Shown here one piece after another: positions 26,894 through 36,896 of a stretch of 64,000 nucleotides of DNA (position 1 is its first letter; every line of letters begins with the position of its first letter). The DNA comes from Rhabdothermincola salaria. Its GTDB lineage: Bacteria > Actinomycetota > Acidimicrobiia > Acidimicrobiales > Acidimicrobilacustridaceae. The position numbers were made by a program, and so were the translations under genes. The notes under the pieces are model-generated. The model was not told where the DNA came from and searched no databases. It worked only from the letters and a program-made list of their open reading frames with translations. The DNA is taken from NCBI RefSeq assembly GCF_021246445.1, contig NZ_JAJQXW010000001.1, forward strand, positions 1,816,168-1,880,167, in the 5' to 3' direction.

Positions 26894-29134
26894 CTACGCC
26901 TCGACGCGGGCCGGGGCATGGGCCGTCCCCGACTGCTCGCCGCCGAGTGGGTCGGCACCCTCGGCACCCTCGGCGGTCTCGGCCACCGCGGCCGGCGGCT
27001 CTCCCTCGACGTCGAGGTGGGGCAGGAGCCGGTCGAGCCAACGGGGCAACCACCAGTTGGGGTCGCCCACCAGGGCCATGGTGGAGGGCACCAGCACCAT
27101 GCGCACGATGGTGGCGTCGAGGGCCACCGCGGTGGCCAGACCCACCCCCATCATCTTCACGATCGGGTCGGGGCTGGCCACGAAACCCAGGAAGACACTG
27201 ATCATGATGAGGGCGGCGGCGGTGATGACCTTGGCCGTGGCGCCCAGTCCCTCCACCACGCTGTCGATGTTGCTGTGGCCCCGGTGGTACTCCTCTCGGA
27301 TGCGACTGAGGATGAACACCTCGTAGTCCATCGACAGCCCGAAGAGGATGGCGAACATCATCATGGGCACGAACGAGGCGATGGGGACCGCCTCGTCGAG
27401 CCCGATGAGGCTGCGGCCCCACCCCCACTGGAACACGGCGACGACCACGCCGTAGGCGGCGCCGATGGCCAGGAGGTTGAGCAGGGCCGCCTTGAGGGGC
27501 ACGAGGATCGAGCGGAACACGACCATCAACAACAGGAACGAAACGGTGACGACGCCGAAGATGAACCAGGGCAGGCGTTCGCCGATGCGGTCGGACTGGT
27601 CGATGAACCGGGCGGTCGGCCCACCGACGGCGACCTGGGCGTCGGTGCCGTCGGTGACGGCCGGCAGGGTGGTGTCGCGCAGACGGTGGACCAGGTCGGA
27701 GGTGGCGACGTCCTGGGGCTTGGTGGTGGGGATCACCGTGACGAGGGCGGTGTCGCCGGCCGCGTTCATCTGCGCGGGGGAGACGGCCTCGACCCCGGGA
27801 TCCTCGCCGACGGCAGCCGACACCTGGTCGGCCACGACGGCGTCGGGGTCGGCACCGAGATCGATCACCAGGGCCAGCGGCCCGTTGAACCCGTCGCCGA
27901 AGCCGTCGGCCAGCAGGTCGTAGGCCTGGCGGTGGGTGGTGTCGGTCGGGGCCGAACCGGCGTCGGCCTGGCCCAGCTGCATGTCGAGGGCGGGGACGGC
28001 CAGCACCAGCAGCACGGCGGTGGCGGCCACGGCCGACCGCCACGGGTGGTGGGCCACCCAGTGGGCCCAGCGAACCCAGCCGCCGCGCCGGGTCTCGGGG
28101 GCCACGGGGACGCCGGCCCGGTCGCGCCGGGCGAGGATCCGGGTGCCGGCCAGACCGAGCAGGGCGGGCAGCAGGGTGACGGCGACCACCACCGCGACGG
28201 CGACCACCAGGGCGGCGGCGTAGCCGAGGGCGGCGACGAAGGGGATGCCGGCGAACTGCAGGCCGAGGATGGCCACGACCACGGTGGAGCCGGCGATGAC
28301 GACGGCCTTGCCGGCGGTGGCGTTGGTGCGGGCGATGGACTCGTGCACGTCCATGCCGGCGGCGACGTTGTCGCGGTGGCGGCTCAGGACGAACAGGGCG
28401 TAGTCGATGCCCACGCCGAGCCCGATCATGGTGCCGAGCTTGGAGGCCATGCTGGGGATCTCGATGACGCCGGCCAGCAGGGCGACGAGGCCGAGGCCGG
28501 TGAACAGCCCGAGCAGGGCCGTGAGCAGCGGCAGGCCCATGGCGGTGACGCTGCGGAACATGACGAAGAGGATGATCAGGGCGGCCACGATGCCGATGGC
28601 CTCGGCCGGCCCGGTGGACTCCTCCTTCAGCACCGTGGGCAGCTCGCCGCCGTACTCGACGGTGACGACGCTGCCGGCGGCGGCCTGGCGCGTGTCGACG
28701 AGGTCGTCGAGGGTGCCGCGGCCGAGCTCGGCGGTCGACGCGTCGAACTGCACGGAGGCGAACGCGGTGGTGCCGTCGGCGGAGATGCTCATGGGGTTGG
28801 CGAGCGGGTCGGTCACGCCCACCACCCCGGGCACCCCGGCGACGGCGTCGGTGGTGGCCGCGATGGCACCGGCGGCCTCGGGATCGGTGACGGCCCCCTC
28901 GTCGACGTGGAAGACGACGAGGGCGGTGGCGCCGGACCGCTCGGGGAAGCGCTCTTCGAGGAGGTCGCTGGCCGCCTGCGACTCGACGCCGGGGACGGAG
29001 AAATCGTCCACGGCGTCGCCCCCGATGGTGCGGCTGGACACGCCGATGACGAGGGCGACGACGACCCAGCCGAGCACCACCCAGCGGGCCCGACGGGCCG
29101 AGAACGAACCGGTGCGGTGCAACCATCTGCCCAT
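26894..29134 (-). CDS. MMPL (RND-superfamily) transporter
   Basis: Two TM modules, GVGIDYALF, GLSMDYEVF, GFGDGFNGPL. Confidence 0.95.
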   Translation of the reverse strand: MGRWLHRTGSFSARRARWVVLGWVVVALVIGVSSRTIGGDAVDDFSVPGVESQAASDLLEERFPERSGATALVVFHVDEGAVTDPEAAGAIAATTDAVAGVPGVVGVTDPLANPMSISADGTTAFASVQFDASTAELGRGTLDDLVDTRQAAAGSVVTVEYGGELPTVLKEESTGPAEAIGIVAALIILFVMFRSVTAMGLPLLTALLGLFTGLGLVALLAGVIEIPSMASKLGTMIGLGVGIDYALFVLSRHRDNVAAGMDVHESIARTNATAGKAVVIAGSTVVVAILGLQFAGIPFVAALGYAAALVVAVAVVVAVTLLPALLGLAGTRILARRDRAGVPVAPETRRGGWVRWAHWVAHHPWRSAVAATAVLLVLAVPALDMQLGQADAGSAPTDTTHRQAYDLLADGFGDGFNGPLALVIDLGADPDAVVADQVSAAVGEDPGVEAVSPAQMNAAGDTALVTVIPTTKPQDVATSDLVHRLRDTTLPAVTDGTDAQVAVGGPTARFIDQSDRIGERLPWFIFGVVTVSFLLLMVVFRSILVPLKAALLNLLAIGAAYGVVVAVFQWGWGRSLIGLDEAVPIASFVPMMMFAILFGLSMDYEVFILSRIREEYHRGHSNIDSVVEGLGATAKVITAAALIMISVFLGFVASPDPIVKMMGVGLATAVALDATIVRMVLVPSTMALVGDPNWWLPRWLDRLLPHLDVEGEPPAAVAETAEGAEGADPLGGEQSGTAHAPARVEA

Positions 29135-29177
29135 GGGAGGGCCTCCTGCCGTCGAGTGGTCCTCAGCCTACCGTTTT

Positions 29178-29209
29178 TTGCAGTCCCTGCAAGTTTGCAG
29201 TGACTGATA
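29178..29209. promoter_or_regulatory. Tandem TetR operator sites
   Basis: TTGCAG-tcc-CTGCAA (29178-29192) and TTGCAG-tga-CTGATA (29195-29209) between divergent mmpL and tetR. Confidence 0.7.
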
Positions 29210-29250
29210 CGGTATTCCTGTCCGCCCGTTGACCCGGAGGCCGTCTGCCC

Positions 29251-29838
29251 GTGGCCGAGAGCCTGCGAGAACGCAAGAAGGTCGAGACCCGCCGCCGGTT
29301 GGAGGATGCCGCACTGGACCTGTTCGACCGCGACGGGTTCGATGCCACCACCGTCGACGCCATCGCGGCCGAGGCGGGCATCTCCCCCCGCACCTTCTTC
29401 CACTACTTCGCCACCAAGGAGGACGTGGTCGTCGCCGACCACGGCGACCGTCTGGCCCGCATCATCGCCGTGCTGGGTGGCCAACCCCCCGGGCTGGCGC
29501 CCTGGTCGGCGCTCGAGCACTCGTTCGTGGAGGTGGCCGCCGACTACGAGTCCGAGAAGGACCAGCTGCTGCGCCGCTTCCGGATCATGGCCGGCTCCCC
29601 GACCGTGTTCGCCCGGTCTCTCCACCTGCAGGCCGGCTGGGAGGTCTCCCTGGCCGATGCCCTGGCGTCGCGCATCGGCGACCCGGGCCACCCCGACCTC
29701 ACCACCCGACTCATGGCCGGTGCCGCCCTCGCCTCGATGCGCGCCTCGCTACAGGAGTGGTTGGCAAGCGACGGGGAGCCACAGCTCCCCGGGCTGGTGA
29801 CCGCCTGCTTCGAGCGCCTCGGAGCCGGGTTGCGCTGA
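29251..29838 (+). CDS. TetR/AcrR transcriptional regulator
   Basis: LRERKK..GFDATTVDAIAAEAGISPRTFFHYFATKED. Confidence 0.95.
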   Translation: MAESLRERKKVETRRRLEDAALDLFDRDGFDATTVDAIAAEAGISPRTFFHYFATKEDVVVADHGDRLARIIAVLGGQPPGLAPWSALEHSFVEVAADYESEKDQLLRRFRIMAGSPTVFARSLHLQAGWEVSLADALASRIGDPGHPDLTTRLMAGAALASMRASLQEWLASDGEPQLPGLVTACFERLGAGLR

Positions 29839-29954
29839 CCGGCCCACTGCGCCGGAGGGGCAACCGAGCGGCGCCGAGGGTGGCGTGCGGGGAGGCGGGC
29901 GGTCGGCGAGGGTAGAGACCGTCGAAGCTTGTCCGCAGCCGTCTGGAGCCCACC

Positions 29955-31577
29955 GTGAGCATCCCACCCGTCGAGACGTTCGACCCCGCCGACGAGCTCC
30001 GGGGCCAGCGTGCCCCCCACCCGGCGCCGACCCGCTGGTCCAGCGCCGAGCGCATCGAGCGCCTGGCCGGGCTGGTGACGACGGTGGGTGAACGGCCCCA
30101 CCAGCCCTCCCATGCCCCCTACGACGGGCGGCTCGTCGGCGAGGTGCCGACCTGCGACGCCGACGACGTCGAGCTCGCCGTGCAGCGGGCCCGGTCCGCG
30201 CAGAAGGGGTGGGCGGACCGCTCGTTCGAGGAGCGCCGCCAGGTGCTCCTGCGCTTCCACGACCTGGTCCTCGCCCACCAGGACGACCTGCTCGACCTCA
30301 CCCAACTCGAGACGGGCAAGGCTCGACTCTCGGCGTTCGAGGAACTCCTCGACGTGGCCATGACGGCCCGCTACTACGCCAACACCGCCGAGCGGCACCT
30401 GCGCCCCCGGCGCCGCCAGGGTGCCCTGCCGGGTCTCACCCGCACCACCGTGGTGCACCACCCCAAGGGCGTGATCGGGGTGATCAGCCCCTGGAACTAC
30501 CCGCTCACGCTCGCCGTCAGCGACGCGGTGCCCGCCCTCATGGCCGGCAACGCCGTGGTGCTCAAGCCCGACGCCCAGACCCCGTTCACCGCGCTCGCCG
30601 CGGTCGAGCTGCTCTACGAGGCCGGGGTCCCCCACGACGTGTTCGGCGTGGTCACCGGGGCGGGCTCGACGCTCGGGACACCCATGATCGAGCGGGTCGA
30701 CTACCTGATGTTCACCGGCTCCACCGCCACCGGGCGCATCGTGGCCGAGCAGTGCGGGCGCCACCTCATCGGCTTCTCGGCCGAGCTCGGCGGCAAGAAC
30801 CCCATGATCGTGCTGGCCGACGCCGACGTGGACACCACGGTCGAGGCGGCCGTGCGGGCCTGCTTCTCCAACACCGGGCAGCTGTGCATCAGCATCGAGC
30901 GCATGTACGTCGAGGACGCCGTGTACGACCGGTTCGTGCCTGCGCTCGTCGAGCGGGTGGCGTCGATGTCGGTGGGCGCCGGGTTCGACTGGGAGCACGA
31001 GGTGGGGTCGCTGGTCAGCGAACAGCAGCTCGAGGTCGTCAACGCCCACGTCGACGACGCGGTGGCCAAGGGCGCCCGGGTGCTCACCGGGGGCCGGGCC
31101 CGACCCGACCTCGGGCCGCTGTTCTACGAGCCCACCCTGCTCACCGACGTCACCGACGACATGGAGCTGGCCCGCACCGAGACGTTCGGGCCGGTCGTGG
31201 CCGTCCAACGCGTCCGCGACGCCGAGGAGGCCCTCGAGTTGGCCAACGACACCACCTACGGCCTCAACGCCAGCGTGTGGACCGACGGCACCCGGGGTGA
31301 GGCGCTCGCCCGGCGCATCCGGGCCGGCACGGTGAACGTGAACGAGGGCTACGCGGCCACGTGGGGCTCGATCGACGCCCCGATGGGCGGCATGAAGGAG
31401 TCGGGCGTGGGGCGCCGCCACGGCCACGAAGGCATCGTGAAGTACACCGAACCCCAGACCATCGCCGTGCAGCGGCTGCTGCCGATCGGCCCGCGACCGG
31501 GGATGCCGGTGGCGGCCTACGCCAAGGTGATGTCCGGCGCCCTGTCCGCCCTGCGGCGCCTGCCCCTGCGTCGCTGA
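29955..31577 (+). CDS. gabD: Succinate-semialdehyde dehydrogenase-like aldehyde dehydrogenase
   Basis: ISPWNYP, FTGSTATG, ELGGKNP, GQLCISIER, ETFGP, GRRHG. Confidence 0.88.
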   Translation: MSIPPVETFDPADELRGQRAPHPAPTRWSSAERIERLAGLVTTVGERPHQPSHAPYDGRLVGEVPTCDADDVELAVQRARSAQKGWADRSFEERRQVLLRFHDLVLAHQDDLLDLTQLETGKARLSAFEELLDVAMTARYYANTAERHLRPRRRQGALPGLTRTTVVHHPKGVIGVISPWNYPLTLAVSDAVPALMAGNAVVLKPDAQTPFTALAAVELLYEAGVPHDVFGVVTGAGSTLGTPMIERVDYLMFTGSTATGRIVAEQCGRHLIGFSAELGGKNPMIVLADADVDTTVEAAVRACFSNTGQLCISIERMYVEDAVYDRFVPALVERVASMSVGAGFDWEHEVGSLVSEQQLEVVNAHVDDAVAKGARVLTGGRARPDLGPLFYEPTLLTDVTDDMELARTETFGPVVAVQRVRDAEEALELANDTTYGLNASVWTDGTRGEALARRIRAGTVNVNEGYAATWGSIDAPMGGMKESGVGRRHGHEGIVKYTEPQTIAVQRLLPIGPRPGMPVAAYAKVMSGALSALRRLPLRR

Positions 31578-31712
31578 CCGTCCGGTTTCGGGCGCGATGG
31601 CGAGGTCCGGACCGGACGCGGCCCCTCTACCCTCGGGGGTGGACGAGGACCGGGCGGTCCCGTGGTCCGCCTCGGTGCCCTCGTGTCCGTCGACACGACC
31701 CAGAGGAGACAC

Positions 31713-32423
31713 ATGTCCGAGCGCATCGGCCCCGTGACCGCCGCGATCGGGGAGCGAAAGCCCTTCGGCCCCATGGAACGCCTCGACCACGATCGCCTCG
31801 TCGAGGAGCAGCGGGCCACCATGGGCACCCCGAGGCGCCGGGCGTCGCTCAGCGCCCGCGGCCTGTTCGCGGTGATGGACCTGCTCTACGGCGAAGCGCG
31901 GACCCTCGAGAAGTTCCGGGTCCTCGAGCTGGTGGCCCGGGTGCCGTACCAGGCCTGGGAGAACGTCGCCTACGTCGCCGTCACCCACACCTCCCGCCAG
32001 ACCGGTTTCGCCCGGCGGGTGTTCGACCGGGTGCGCACCGCCCGCTTCGAGCAGGACAACGAGCAGTGGCACCTGCTCATCCTCGAGGAGCTCACCAGCG
32101 GTGACCGGCGCCCCTGGATCCGCACCCGCATCGTGCCCCAGCTGCTGGCCTTCGCCTACTACCAGCTGTCGTGGTTCATGTTCGCGGTGAACCCGCACTG
32201 GAGCTACCGGCTCAACGCGGACTTCGAGGATCACGCCGAGCACGAGTACGCCCTGCTCGTCGACGAGCACCCCGAGTGGGAGACCGAGCGCTACGAGGGC
32301 CAGTTCACCGAGGACTTCGGGGCCTTCGACAGCCTCGCCGACCTCTTCCGCCAGATCGGTTACGACGAGCGCCTCCACAAGGAGGAGAGCGAGCTGCTGT
32401 TGGACCGCGCCCGCTTCGGTTGA
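31713..32423 (+). CDS. AOX/PTOX-family diiron carboxylate protein
   Basis: LELVARVPY, EQDNEQWHL, FEDHAEHEY, DERLH diiron ligand set; RBS gaggag. Confidence 0.8.
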   Translation: MSERIGPVTAAIGERKPFGPMERLDHDRLVEEQRATMGTPRRRASLSARGLFAVMDLLYGEARTLEKFRVLELVARVPYQAWENVAYVAVTHTSRQTGFARRVFDRVRTARFEQDNEQWHLLILEELTSGDRRPWIRTRIVPQLLAFAYYQLSWFMFAVNPHWSYRLNADFEDHAEHEYALLVDEHPEWETERYEGQFTEDFGAFDSLADLFRQIGYDERLHKEESELLLDRARFG

Positions 32424-32564
32424 GCGACGACCCGATCACCGACAGGACCGATGCGGCGCCCGATCGGGTAGGACCCTGCGAGATCTCGCGCGCCGCACCG
32501 ACGGCACGTGGGGACGACCACCGACCGGCCCGAACGACCGATCACGACGACCCAGGAGGCGACG

Positions 32565-32981
32565 ATGGCCCTGACCCGCAACAAGAAGAAGTCGATCCCC
32601 GCCAAGGCAGTGGATGTGCTGCCCACCAAGGCCGTGGCGGCGCTGCCGGCCAAGGCGGCGAAACGGGTCGGCAAGAAGCGCTGGCACGACATGGAGTCGA
32701 GCCAACGGGCGACGCTCGTGGCTGCCGGTGTGGTGCAGGTCTCCATGGCGGCCGCCGCGTGGATCGACCTGGCCCGCCGACCGTCCGAGAAGGTGCGGGG
32801 CCCCAAGGCCCTGTGGGCCCTGGTCATCTCGGTCAACGTCGTCGGTCCCGTGCTCTACCTCCTGGCCGGCCGCACCTCCGGAGACGCGCCGTCCTCCGAC
32901 CGCCACTCCTCGGACAGCGGCTCCTCCGATGCCGGATCGTCCGATGCCTCCGAGGACGACCACGCGCTGACCGGCAGCTAG
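32565..32981 (+). CDS. PLDc N-terminal-like small membrane protein
   Basis: WIDLARRP..VRGPKALW..VGPVLYL; RBS ggagg. Confidence 0.75.
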   Translation: MALTRNKKKSIPAKAVDVLPTKAVAALPAKAAKRVGKKRWHDMESSQRATLVAAGVVQVSMAAAAWIDLARRPSEKVRGPKALWALVISVNVVGPVLYLLAGRTSGDAPSSDRHSSDSGSSDAGSSDASEDDHALTGS

Positions 32982-33196
32982 CGATCGCCTCACCCCCGGG
33001 CTCGATCGCGAGCGGAGCCGTGTCGACGCAATCGCCGAGCGACGGTCGATCCCCGGCGGGCACTGGGCGCACCCGAGGAGCATCCCCTCCGCGGCGGCCG
33101 GCCAAGGAGCATCATGGGGCCCGGCTCACCACCTGGTGAGCGGGGCACCGGCGGGGATCCCACCGATGCCTCTCCGACAGGCGACCGGAGACAACG

Positions 33197-33559
33197 GTGA
33201 CCCCAGAACCACGACCTCCCGCCGGCTGGTACGCCGATCCGTCCAACCCGGGCGGCCAGAGGTACTGGGACGGAACCGCCTGGACCGCCAACGCCGCCGC
33301 CGGGGGGATGGCCGGGGTGCCCTCGGCCCGCACCGAACCACTGGCCATCTGGTCGCTGGTGCTGTCGATCCTCGGCTTCGCCTGCGGGCTGAGCGCCATC
33401 GGCGGGATCATCTGCGGCCACCTGGCCCTGGGGGCGATCAAGCGCAACGGCACCGGCGGCAAGGGCCTGGCCATCGCCGGGCTGGTGATCGGCTACCTCT
33501 TCGTCGCCGCCTTCGTCGCCGTCGTGTTGCTGGTCTTCCTGGGCAGGTCGACCACGTAG
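33197..33559 (+). CDS. DUF2510 + DUF4190 membrane protein
   Basis: PAGWYADP..RYWDGTAWT; LAIWSLVLSI..CGHLALGAI..GKGLAIAGL. Confidence 0.85.
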   Translation: MTPEPRPPAGWYADPSNPGGQRYWDGTAWTANAAAGGMAGVPSARTEPLAIWSLVLSILGFACGLSAIGGIICGHLALGAIKRNGTGGKGLAIAGLVIGYLFVAAFVAVVLLVFLGRSTT

Positions 33560-33584
33560 GAGACCGGTCGGCCAGCCGCCCGCC

Positions 33585-34097
33585 TCAGCGGCGGGGCTGC
33601 TCGGCCAGGGCCTTGATGCCGTCGAGGGTGGCCGCCATGTTGGCCCGCCACTCCTCGAGGCGGGCGGCCACGATGCCCTCCTCGCGGTCGGGGCGGGCCT
33701 CGACGGCCATCGTGAGCCCGGACGTCGCGGTACCGACCTTGGCCCACATGGTCAGCTGCGTCGCGCCCGCCCCTCGGGGTTCGAGGTCGAAGCGCCACCG
33801 GGCGATGGGCTGGTCCACGTCGCCCACGCTCCACTCGAAGCGCCGTTGGGGCTCGAGGGCGGTGACCGTGCTCGTGGTCTCCCACTCCACCGGCTCGGTG
33901 CCGAACAGCCGTCGGTTGCGCCCGACGAAGCGGGCACCGAGGGCGGGCCCGTCGACGTCGTCGAGCCAGTGGGCGCCCTGGAGCTCACCCGAGAACCGGG
34001 CCGGCAGCTCGATGTCGGTGACCAGCGCCCACAGCGGGGCCGGCTCGGTGAGCACCGTGACGTCCACGCTGATCTCGGGTTCGTCGGCTTGACGCAT
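33585..34097 (-). CDS. SRPBCC (polyketide cyclase-like) protein
   Basis: LWALVTDI, FSGELQ, GARFVGRNR, WRFDLEP. Confidence 0.85.
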   Translation of the reverse strand: MRQADEPEISVDVTVLTEPAPLWALVTDIELPARFSGELQGAHWLDDVDGPALGARFVGRNRRLFGTEPVEWETTSTVTALEPQRRFEWSVGDVDQPIARWRFDLEPRGAGATQLTMWAKVGTATSGLTMAVEARPDREEGIVAARLEEWRANMAATLDGIKALAEQPRR

Positions 34098-34173
34098 GGC
34101 TGACCTCCTCTGGCCGGGGGCGACCCTAGAGCCGGGACCGGGACCGGGGCGGCCGGGCGGCCGGGGCCGGCGG

Positions 34174-34665
34174 TCAGGACCCGTCGAAGGTCTCGGTACG
34201 CTGCACCACGCTGGTGAAGGTGCGCTCGGCGATCTGCCAGCCGGTGTCGGTGCGCACCACCACGTCGTCGTAGTAGCCGGCGCCCCGGATGGCCCCCGTG
34301 GCGTCGGGGAGCACCAGGAGCACGTCGACGTAGCTGCGGGCCTCGGCCCGGTCGGTGCCGGTACCGGTGCCGGTACCGGTGCCGGTACCGGTGCCGGTGC
34401 CGGACGCAGGCGACCCACCGGGCGGCCGGACGTCGATGTTGGTGATGCGGTGCATGGTGGGGCCGAAGGCGGCGTGGACCTGGTCCATCCAGGTGGTGAT
34501 CTCCTCGGCGCCGTGCCAGGTGCCGATGTCGCCGTAGTCGGCGGTGCAGTCCTCGGTGAAGCAGGAGCGGAACAGCGCCCAGTCCCGCCGATCGATGCCG
34601 GAGGCGTAGCGCACCAGCACCTCACCGATGTCGTGGACGTCGTCGCGGCTCAGGCCTGCACCCAT
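34174..34665 (-). CDS. NTF2/SnoaL-like protein with Gly-Thr repeat insertion
   Basis: YASGIDRRDW, HRITN, GYYDD, GWQI; GTGTGTGTGTGTGT insert. Confidence 0.85.
   Translation of the reverse strand: MGAGLSRDDVHDIGEVLVRYASGIDRRDWALFRSCFTEDCTADYGDIGTWHGAEEITTWMDQVHAAFGPTMHRITNIDVRPPGGSPASGTGTGTGTGTGTGTGTDRAEARSYVDVLLVLPDATGAIRGAGYYDDVVVRTDTGWQIAERTFTSVVQRTETFDGS
34353..34403. repeat. 6-bp microsatellite (ccggtR), about 8 units, encoding Gly-Thr
   Basis: cggtg ccggta ccggtg ccggta ccggtg ccggta ccggtg ccggtg ccgg. Confidence 0.9.
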
Positions 34666-34783
34666 CGCTCCCCCTCGGCTCGTGCCCCGGCAGTGTCGCG
34701 CAGACACCAGGGCCGAGCGGAGGGACACGACCGCGATCGCTGGGCACCAACTGATCGTCGGTCGGTGTGGAAGGCTCGCCGCC

Positions 34784-35617
34784 ATGGCTGACATCGACGA
34801 GGACGCGGCTGCCGTCCAGCGCCACATCTGGACCATCGGCGACTACCCGGCGGTGGCCCGCCGGATGTTCGAGGTGGCCGAGTCCACGGTGGAGCTCGCC
34901 GGCATCGACGCCGGCCAGCGGGTGCTCGACGTGGCCACCGGCGACGGCAACGCCGCCTTGCTGGCCGTGCGCCGGGGCGCGTCGGTCGTTGGCGTCGACC
35001 TCACCCCGGCCCAGCTCGACAAGGCCCTGACCCGGTTGGCGGCCGAGGGGGTGACGGTGGAGCTGCGCCCCGGCGACGCCCAGGCGCTCGACATCGGCGA
35101 CGACGAGTTCGACGTGGTCATCAGCGTCCTCGGCATGATCTTCGCTCCCGACCACGCCGCCGCCCTGCGCGAGATGGTCCGGGTGTGCCGCCCCGGGGGC
35201 ACGGTGGCGGCGGCGGCATGGGCCGAGGGCGGGTGGATGGGCCGGTGGCGCGCCGCGGTGGCCGAGCAGCTGGCCCCGGGCTCCGCACCCACTCCTGCAC
35301 CGAACGCCGGGCCCGACGCATGGGGCGATCCCGACGAGGTCCGCCGCCGCTTCGCCGCCGTGGGTCTCGACGTCGAGCTCCACGAGCGGGTGCTCGACTG
35401 GTCGTTCCCCTCGCCGGAGGCGGCCCTCGACTTCTACCTCGAGGCGTCCGGGCCCTTCATCGCCTTCATGGACGGCATGCGCCGACGGGGCCTGCAGGAC
35501 GAGGCCCGCCAGCTCCTGCACCAGTGCATGGTCGACGCCGACACCTCCTCGTCGGCAGAGGCCGGCTGCCACCTCGAGTCCCCCTACCTGGTGATGGTCG
35601 CCCGCCTCCCCCGGTAG
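34784..35617 (+). CDS. Class I SAM-dependent methyltransferase
   Basis: VLDVATGDG, GDAQAL, FDVVIS, RVCRPGG. Confidence 0.92.
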   Translation: MADIDEDAAAVQRHIWTIGDYPAVARRMFEVAESTVELAGIDAGQRVLDVATGDGNAALLAVRRGASVVGVDLTPAQLDKALTRLAAEGVTVELRPGDAQALDIGDDEFDVVISVLGMIFAPDHAAALREMVRVCRPGGTVAAAAWAEGGWMGRWRAAVAEQLAPGSAPTPAPNAGPDAWGDPDEVRRRFAAVGLDVELHERVLDWSFPSPEAALDFYLEASGPFIAFMDGMRRRGLQDEARQLLHQCMVDADTSSSAEAGCHLESPYLVMVARLPR

Positions 35618-35629
35618 CCGGCCAGCCGG

Positions 35630-36859
35630 TCACCAGATGCGGCGGAGTTGGGCGCCTTCGCGACGGAGGCGCAGCTGGTGGCGACGCTCGTCGGGGGTGA
35701 CCACCGGGGTGTCGGCCGGGAGGTGGTCGCGGACCTCGGCGAAGGGCACCTTGATCAGCATGGGGTCGGGGTAGTCGCTGCCCCGGTTGACCCGCATCTG
35801 GATGACACCCCAGGGGAGGTTGCCCTTGTCGAGCCAGTTGGGCACGCCGGGGTCGCGTCGGGAGATGACGGCCCGGAAGCGGCCGTCGGTGTCGACGCGG
35901 GCCTGGGCGTCGTTGAGGCTGGACTGGCGGTTGACCCAGTCGACGGTGGCGAAGCGGTCGTCGGCCACCAGCGCCTGCCAGTAGCGGCTCTCGCGGGGCA
36001 GGGCGGTGTCGAGGATGAGGGCCTCGTCGTCGTCGATCTCGTGGATGGCGTCGTAGTAGGCCTGGGTGGGCAGCCCACCCAGGGTGTCGATCTTGGTGGA
36101 CCGGGCGATGTGGTTCACCCCGTGGTGCTCGCGGTACCAACGGACCAGGTCCATGTCGAACTCGATCATCCCGGTGACCCAGTCGGCCAGCTCGGAGAAG
36201 CGTCGGGCCCGGTCCTCGGGGGTCATGTCCCAGGCGTCGGTGTCGGCGCCGCCGTCGTCGAGGCGGTTGATGGCCACCTGGGCGTCGACCTCGGCGTTCC
36301 AGTCGCAGGCGCACTTGCGCATGAGGAGGCGCACGGTGCCGGGGTTCAGCTCCCACCAGTCGCCGTCGTGGCCGGCGGGCCGTTCGGGGCTGAGGACCAC
36401 CCGGAACGAGCCGTCGGGACCGAGCGCGAGGTCGTCGAGGTCGTGGGTGGCGCTCGCCGGCCCGGCCTCCACCACGCTGGTGGGGCTCATGATGTCGTAG
36501 CCCATCTGGGTGATCTCGACGAAGCGCGAGGTGCCACGACGCCCCGAGAGCTCGTAGACCCCGGTCGCGTCGATCTCGGTGGTGGAGTACACGTAGTCGG
36601 GGTCGGGGCCGCCCTGGTTGTAGGCGTAGTTCCACAGGGGCATGAACACCGGTCGGCGGGCGTCGGTGTACACGCGGCACAGGTAGCCGCCCGACAGGAT
36701 CGACAACGCCAGGCCGTACATGTCCTGGCGTTCGGCCTCGGTGGCGCCGTCGGGGCGCCAGAGGTCGACGAGGTGGTCGCCGACGTGGTCGAGCAGAGCC
36801 ATCTGGTCGGCCCAGCTGGGCAGGGCCGAGGCGCCGGGTGCGGGGTGGGGGCTGGTCAT
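35630..36859 (-). CDS. DUF1214-domain protein
   Basis: GGPDPDYVY, DGSFRVVLS, RQSSLND, DGRFRAVISRRDPGVPNWLD; directly downstream of a sulfotransferase. Confidence 0.8.
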   Translation of the reverse strand: MTSPHPAPGASALPSWADQMALLDHVGDHLVDLWRPDGATEAERQDMYGLALSILSGGYLCRVYTDARRPVFMPLWNYAYNQGGPDPDYVYSTTEIDATGVYELSGRRGTSRFVEITQMGYDIMSPTSVVEAGPASATHDLDDLALGPDGSFRVVLSPERPAGHDGDWWELNPGTVRLLMRKCACDWNAEVDAQVAINRLDDGGADTDAWDMTPEDRARRFSELADWVTGMIEFDMDLVRWYREHHGVNHIARSTKIDTLGGLPTQAYYDAIHEIDDDEALILDTALPRESRYWQALVADDRFATVDWVNRQSSLNDAQARVDTDGRFRAVISRRDPGVPNWLDKGNLPWGVIQMRVNRGSDYPDPMLIKVPFAEVRDHLPADTPVVTPDERRHQLRLRREGAQLRRIW

Positions 36860-36896
36860 GGGGTTGGTCTCCTGATGGGGCCGGCGGTCGGGGCGG

